Part shown: piece after piece, positions 55,592 to 59,304 of the stretch | Layout of the letters: each line of letters starts with the position of its first letter | Position numbering within the stretch: position 1 is the first letter of the stretch | Source of the DNA: a virus | Lineage: Duplodnaviria; Caudoviricetes | DNA: 59,304 nucleotides | Virus record (IMG/VR): IMGVR_UViG_3300005805_000098 | Span: 1 to 59,304 of that record | Reading direction: 5' to 3' (one strand) | Notes under the pieces: model-generated | Told to the model about the DNA's origin: nothing | Database searches by the model: none | Seen by the model: only the letters and a program-made list of their open reading frames with translations | Program-made: the position numbers and the translations under genes

Positions 55592-57087
55592 TTTTTTCTG
55601 GTACAGAGGTCGGAAGTAATCGCACTCTTCTAGAAGGTATGAAAGTTGAGTCGATGGGGCTCAACTATTGGGGTCTACGCAAGAGGGGACTACCAAAAAC
55701 AAAGATTTGGCTTATATCTGAACATTTTGATGACTCTGCAAAAGTTTACATTGAGTCAGGAGCCTCACAAGCAGACAAGGCTGGTCTATCCAAAGCAGAA
55801 CTTATCGACTTGGCCGCCGACTATCAAGAGTTTCTGGTCAATAACGCAGATAGGGCCGCAGCCTTCCAGGAGTTTGACTCACAGGTTCTGGGCAAAGAAT
55901 GGGTCGCCCAACAACGTTCCTTTTTCAGTAATGACCCTAAACTATGGGTTATATGGCATTCAGAGTACGGAATACAGAACCTAAAAGAATTATCTGAGCA
56001 ATTCCAAAATGTTGCAATACCCAATGAAGAGATTGAATCAGTAACCAACTTGGCAGGTATTACGCGGGCTTATGAAAGACAGTACGGAATTAAGTACCAT
56101 GCCCTTGGATGTGCCAAGCCAGATAATCTGAGACAGATACCATTTGCCACAGCCAGCACATTGTCATGGTTATCGCCCATGAGAAGAGGCGAGACAATCA
56201 TCTGGGATGGAACCAAGTTAGTTAGATATCCAAAGAAGATGAAAGAACAAGCCAGACCTCGTTACAAAGCAATTGTAGAGAAAGCAGGACTGGACTATTT
56301 AGAGTTTGTAAACGATAGTACCCTTGAAGCCACTAGGGTTGCCGTGTGGTCATACCTACGATTGGAAGAGTCAATGGATAAGAAGAAACCCGATTTACAC
56401 ATAATCGAAGGTGGCAAAGAGTCCGAAGTATCTGATAACAGCGATACGCCCCTTATGTCTGGTTTGATGGAATTGATGGGGGTACCTTCTGATAACAGTG
56501 GAGCAGAAGGGAGGAAAGTGGAGCGAAGTGAAGTGGTGCAAAGAGCCCCTGAAGAAATGCAAAACTTACCTGTCTTCGGCTTCAATGTAAAGACTGTAGT
56601 AGAAACGGATGAGAATGGAAGAGATGTCCTCAAAGATGTACCCGTCGTTCAAACGCAGAGTAGTTCAATTCGTCAGTGCAACACTTGCTTTGTCGCTGCT
56701 AATTGCCCTGCTTTCAAGCCTAATAATCTTTGTGCCTTTAATCTTCCAGTAGAAGTAAAGACCAAGGAACAACTAAAAGCCCTGCTCACAGCCATAATTG
56801 AGATGCAAGGACAGCGTGTGGCGTTCATGCGTTTTGCTGAAGAAATGAACGGCGGATACGCAGACCCCAACGTTTCGCAGGAGATAGACCGCCTCTTCAA
56901 ATTGGTCAATCAGGTCAAAGAGATGGAATCCAACAAGGAGTTTATACAGATTACAGCCCAACGCCAAAGTGCTGGTGGAGTGCTCTCAGCCATATTTGGA
57001 GACCGCGCCCAAGCCCTAAAAGAGTTACCTGAATCTTTAAAAGAAGAGACAGTCACAAAAATTATTTCTGAGTCTATAGAAGATTAG
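55579..57087 (+). CDS. TGT/DpdA-like TIM-barrel protein (degenerate) fused to a Cys4 C-terminal domain
   Basis: YIESGA (cf. DSGA), VIWH, YHALG, PFATASTLSW (cf. PFDSVDSxSW); C-terminal CNTC.....C........C. Confidence 0.5.
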   Translation: MARLVFSGTEVGSNRTLLEGMKVESMGLNYWGLRKRGLPKTKIWLISEHFDDSAKVYIESGASQADKAGLSKAELIDLAADYQEFLVNNADRAAAFQEFDSQVLGKEWVAQQRSFFSNDPKLWVIWHSEYGIQNLKELSEQFQNVAIPNEEIESVTNLAGITRAYERQYGIKYHALGCAKPDNLRQIPFATASTLSWLSPMRRGETIIWDGTKLVRYPKKMKEQARPRYKAIVEKAGLDYLEFVNDSTLEATRVAVWSYLRLEESMDKKKPDLHIIEGGKESEVSDNSDTPLMSGLMELMGVPSDNSGAEGRKVERSEVVQRAPEEMQNLPVFGFNVKTVVETDENGRDVLKDVPVVQTQSSSIRQCNTCFVAANCPAFKPNNLCAFNLPVEVKTKEQLKALLTAIIEMQGQRVAFMRFAEEMNGGYADPNVSQEIDRLFKLVNQVKEMESNKEFIQITAQRQSAGGVLSAIFGDRAQALKELPESLKEETVTKIISESIED

Positions 57088-57110
57088 TATCTGATAACAG
57101 CAATTATCAG
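56427..57110. repeat. 16-bp direct repeat AGTATCTGATAACAGC
   Basis: Exact copies at 56427-56442 and 57086-57101; 11-bp partial copy at 56488-56498. The last copy extends into the inverted repeat CTGATAA-N6-TTATCAG. Confidence 0.7.
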
Positions 57111-57245
57111 GGCATGAAACGTAGTTGAACCTTACAGTTGACTGTTAGGTATTCGTTAAAGTTAACAAGTGCATGGTAGGTTTTGCTCCATCACAATAGG
57201 CATCCCTTTGAGGGGTATTTGACAAATCTATGAAATGGTAGGGGT

Positions 57246-59252
57246 ATGTTCTCATTTAAATTAGCAGAAGACTTCATTGCTCAGTACAAAGACAAGAAGG
57301 CTCCATTTGGTTATCGAGACGCTGGTGGAAACTCGGTAGGTGAAATCACCTTCCTTCGTACCTATTCGCGTTTGAAGGAAGATGGTCGCAAAGAAACGTG
57401 GGTTGATGTTTGCGAGCGAGTTATCAACGGCATGTACTCTCTACAGAAAGACCATGCCAAGAGCCAACGCCTACCTTGGTCAGATGCTAAAGCAGCAGCC
57501 TCCGCTAAGGAAGCGTTTGACCGCCTATTTAACCTGAAATGGACACCACCAGGACGTGGTTTATGGGTCATGGGCACACCATTAGTAAATGTCCAACGAA
57601 ACTCTGCAGCCCTACAGAACTGTGCTTTTGTATCAACTGGCTCAATGACAAAGACTGACCCAGCAAAGCCATTCGCCTTTCTTATGGAGGCCTCAATGTT
57701 GGGAGTTGGTGTTGGCTTTGATGACAAGGGCGCAGATAAAGACTTCACTATCTACACACCACAAGGAGAACAGCCCTATGACATCCCAGACACCAGAGAA
57801 GGTTGGGTTGAATCAACAGCAGCCCTCATCAATGCTTACCTACGACCAGATTCGAAGAATCCAGTATTCAATTATGAAGCAATCCGTCCAGCAGGCGAAC
57901 CAATCAAAACGTTTGGTGGAACAGCAGCAGGACCAGACCCGTTAATCAAATTGCACGACCTGATTCGTGGCATGTTTGCAAATCGTGCAGGACAGAAATT
58001 AACTCGCAGAGACATTGCAGACATCGGCAACATGATTGGTGTCTGTGTTGTTTCTGGAAATGTTCGTCGTTCTGCTGAATTGTTAATGGGCAGACTTGAT
58101 GATGAAGAGTTCTTGAATCTGAAGAATTACGAAAAGAATCCTGAGCGCATGGCTCATGGCTGGATGTCCAATAATTCTGTTGAGGTATCTGTTGGACAAG
58201 ACCTAGCGCCAATCGTTGAGGGCATCGCTCGCAACGGTGAGCCAGGTGTTATTTGGATGGATGTAACTCGCAAGTATGGCCGTTTAGCAGACCCTGAAAA
58301 TAACAAAGACTGGCGTGCTGTGGGCTACAACCCCTGCGCTGAACAGTCTCTTGAATCGTACGAGTGCTGCACACTGGTTGAGACTTACTTAAACCGCCAC
58401 GAGAATCTAGAGGACTTCTTGCGTACTCTAAAATTTGCATACCTCTATGCAAAGACTGTAACGCTTCTTCCTACTCACTGGGAAGAGACCAATGCCATAA
58501 TGCAAAGAAATCGTCGTATTGGAACTTCTATATCTGGCGTTGCAAACTTTGCAGATAACAAAGGCTTGCCAACTCTGCGTGAATGGATGGATAGAGGATA
58601 TAAAGTTATACAAGATTATGATAAGTCTTATTCGGAGTGGCTAGGTATTCGTGAGTCAATCAAGACTACAACTGTGAAGCCAAGTGGAACAGTCTCTATT
58701 CTTGCTGGTGAGTCTCCTGGAGTTCACTGGTCTGTTGGTGGTAAACACTTTATGCGTGCTATTCGTTTTGCAAACAATGACCCAATGTTGCCGTTATTTA
58801 AGATGGCAAACTACAGAGTAGAACCCGCCAATGAATCTCCTGATACGACTTCTGTTGTCTTCTTCCCTGTAAAGTCAGATGCTATACGTTCTGAGAAGGA
58901 TGTTTCTATTTATGAAAAAATGGCACTTGCTGCTACTGCACAGAGATATTGGTCAGATAACTCTGTAAGTGTGACTGTCTCATTTGACCCAGAGAAAGAG
59001 GGTTCTGCTATTGGAACTGTACTGCATATGTACGACGGTCAGTTAAAGACCGTATCATTTTTACCAAGTGGCAACCATGTCTACCCACAAATGCCTTACA
59101 CACAGATAGACGAAGAGTTCTACAACGATTCAACTATGGAAATCTTCCCAATTGATTTTAGTGGCGTCTATGCTGGAATGGCAGCGGATGCGATTGGTGA
59201 AGCGTATTGCACAACAGACGCTTGTGAGATAAAGTTAATCTCAAACACATAA
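57246..59252 (+). CDS. nrdJ: Class II adenosylcobalamin-dependent ribonucleotide reductase (monomeric RTPR type)
   Basis: RTYSR, PPGRGLW, NCAF, GNVRRSA, NPCAEQ, TTVKPSGT, C-terminal CTTDAC. Confidence 0.93.
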   Translation: MFSFKLAEDFIAQYKDKKAPFGYRDAGGNSVGEITFLRTYSRLKEDGRKETWVDVCERVINGMYSLQKDHAKSQRLPWSDAKAAASAKEAFDRLFNLKWTPPGRGLWVMGTPLVNVQRNSAALQNCAFVSTGSMTKTDPAKPFAFLMEASMLGVGVGFDDKGADKDFTIYTPQGEQPYDIPDTREGWVESTAALINAYLRPDSKNPVFNYEAIRPAGEPIKTFGGTAAGPDPLIKLHDLIRGMFANRAGQKLTRRDIADIGNMIGVCVVSGNVRRSAELLMGRLDDEEFLNLKNYEKNPERMAHGWMSNNSVEVSVGQDLAPIVEGIARNGEPGVIWMDVTRKYGRLADPENNKDWRAVGYNPCAEQSLESYECCTLVETYLNRHENLEDFLRTLKFAYLYAKTVTLLPTHWEETNAIMQRNRRIGTSISGVANFADNKGLPTLREWMDRGYKVIQDYDKSYSEWLGIRESIKTTTVKPSGTVSILAGESPGVHWSVGGKHFMRAIRFANNDPMLPLFKMANYRVEPANESPDTTSVVFFPVKSDAIRSEKDVSIYEKMALAATAQRYWSDNSVSVTVSFDPEKEGSAIGTVLHMYDGQLKTVSFLPSGNHVYPQMPYTQIDEEFYNDSTMEIFPIDFSGVYAGMAADAIGEAYCTTDACEIKLISNT

Positions 59253-59256
59253 GGAA

Positions 59257-59289
59257 AAAGCCCCTCGTAATTGAGGGGCTTTCTCTTTT
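59257..59289 (+). terminator. Intrinsic terminator after nrdJ
   Basis: AAAGCCCCTC-GTAATT-GAGGGGCTTT followed by a T-rich tract. Confidence 0.85.
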
Positions 59290-59304
59290 GGTATTGCTTT
59301 TGGT

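Noticed and set aside
55579-57087. Calling this a canonical DpdA/7-deazaguanine DNA modification system
   Set aside because: The catalytic Asp positions look substituted and no precursor-synthesis genes are in the window.
57088-57245. Cobalamin riboswitch or NrdR box upstream of nrdJ
   Set aside because: No B12-box or NrdR palindrome is recognisable by eye; a covariance-model search would be needed to exclude it fully.
1-59304. Stop-codon reassignment or intron/intein interruption
   Set aside because: TAA, TAG and TGA all end genes, and core genes (polA, dnaB, recA, nrdJ) are continuous and of normal length under the standard code.

Overview
This is a 59.3-kb segment of a lytic-looking tailed dsDNA phage with a contractile tail (myovirus). 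Its host is very probably a low-GC Actinobacterium, judging from a WhiB gene, several leaderless TANNNT-6nt-ATG starts and moderate GC. The window opens with the 3' end of an N4-gp56-type major capsid gene and head/neck genes, then two proline-free (Gly-X-Gln)n collagen-like fibres. An antisense four-gene glycan-tailoring operon follows (GT25, methyltransferase, TPR, beta-propeller hydrolase-like), then an FN3/Gly-rich fibre with an AT-rich accessory island and a coupled array of one acidic and nine Lys-rich micro-ORFs. A complete sheath/tube/tape-measure/baseplate module comes next. The replication and recombination module holds an initiator, DnaC-like loader, DnaB, primase, SNF2 helicase, SSB, PolA, RecA, resolvases and a Cas4-like nuclease, plus WhiB and SpoVS. 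The window ends with a block of ORFans, a nucleotidyltransferase/degenerate HAD/degenerate TGT-like operon and a class II (B12) ribonucleotide reductase. The best leads are the NTase-HAD-TGT-like operon, recurring hairpins with anti-Shine-Dalgarno loops, a UUU_CGA +1 frameshift in the tail chaperone, the collagen glycosylation cassette and the acidic/basic micropeptide array. All family calls come from motif recognition by eye; no database search was run. No tRNA, CRISPR array, integrase, portal or large terminase was recognised.
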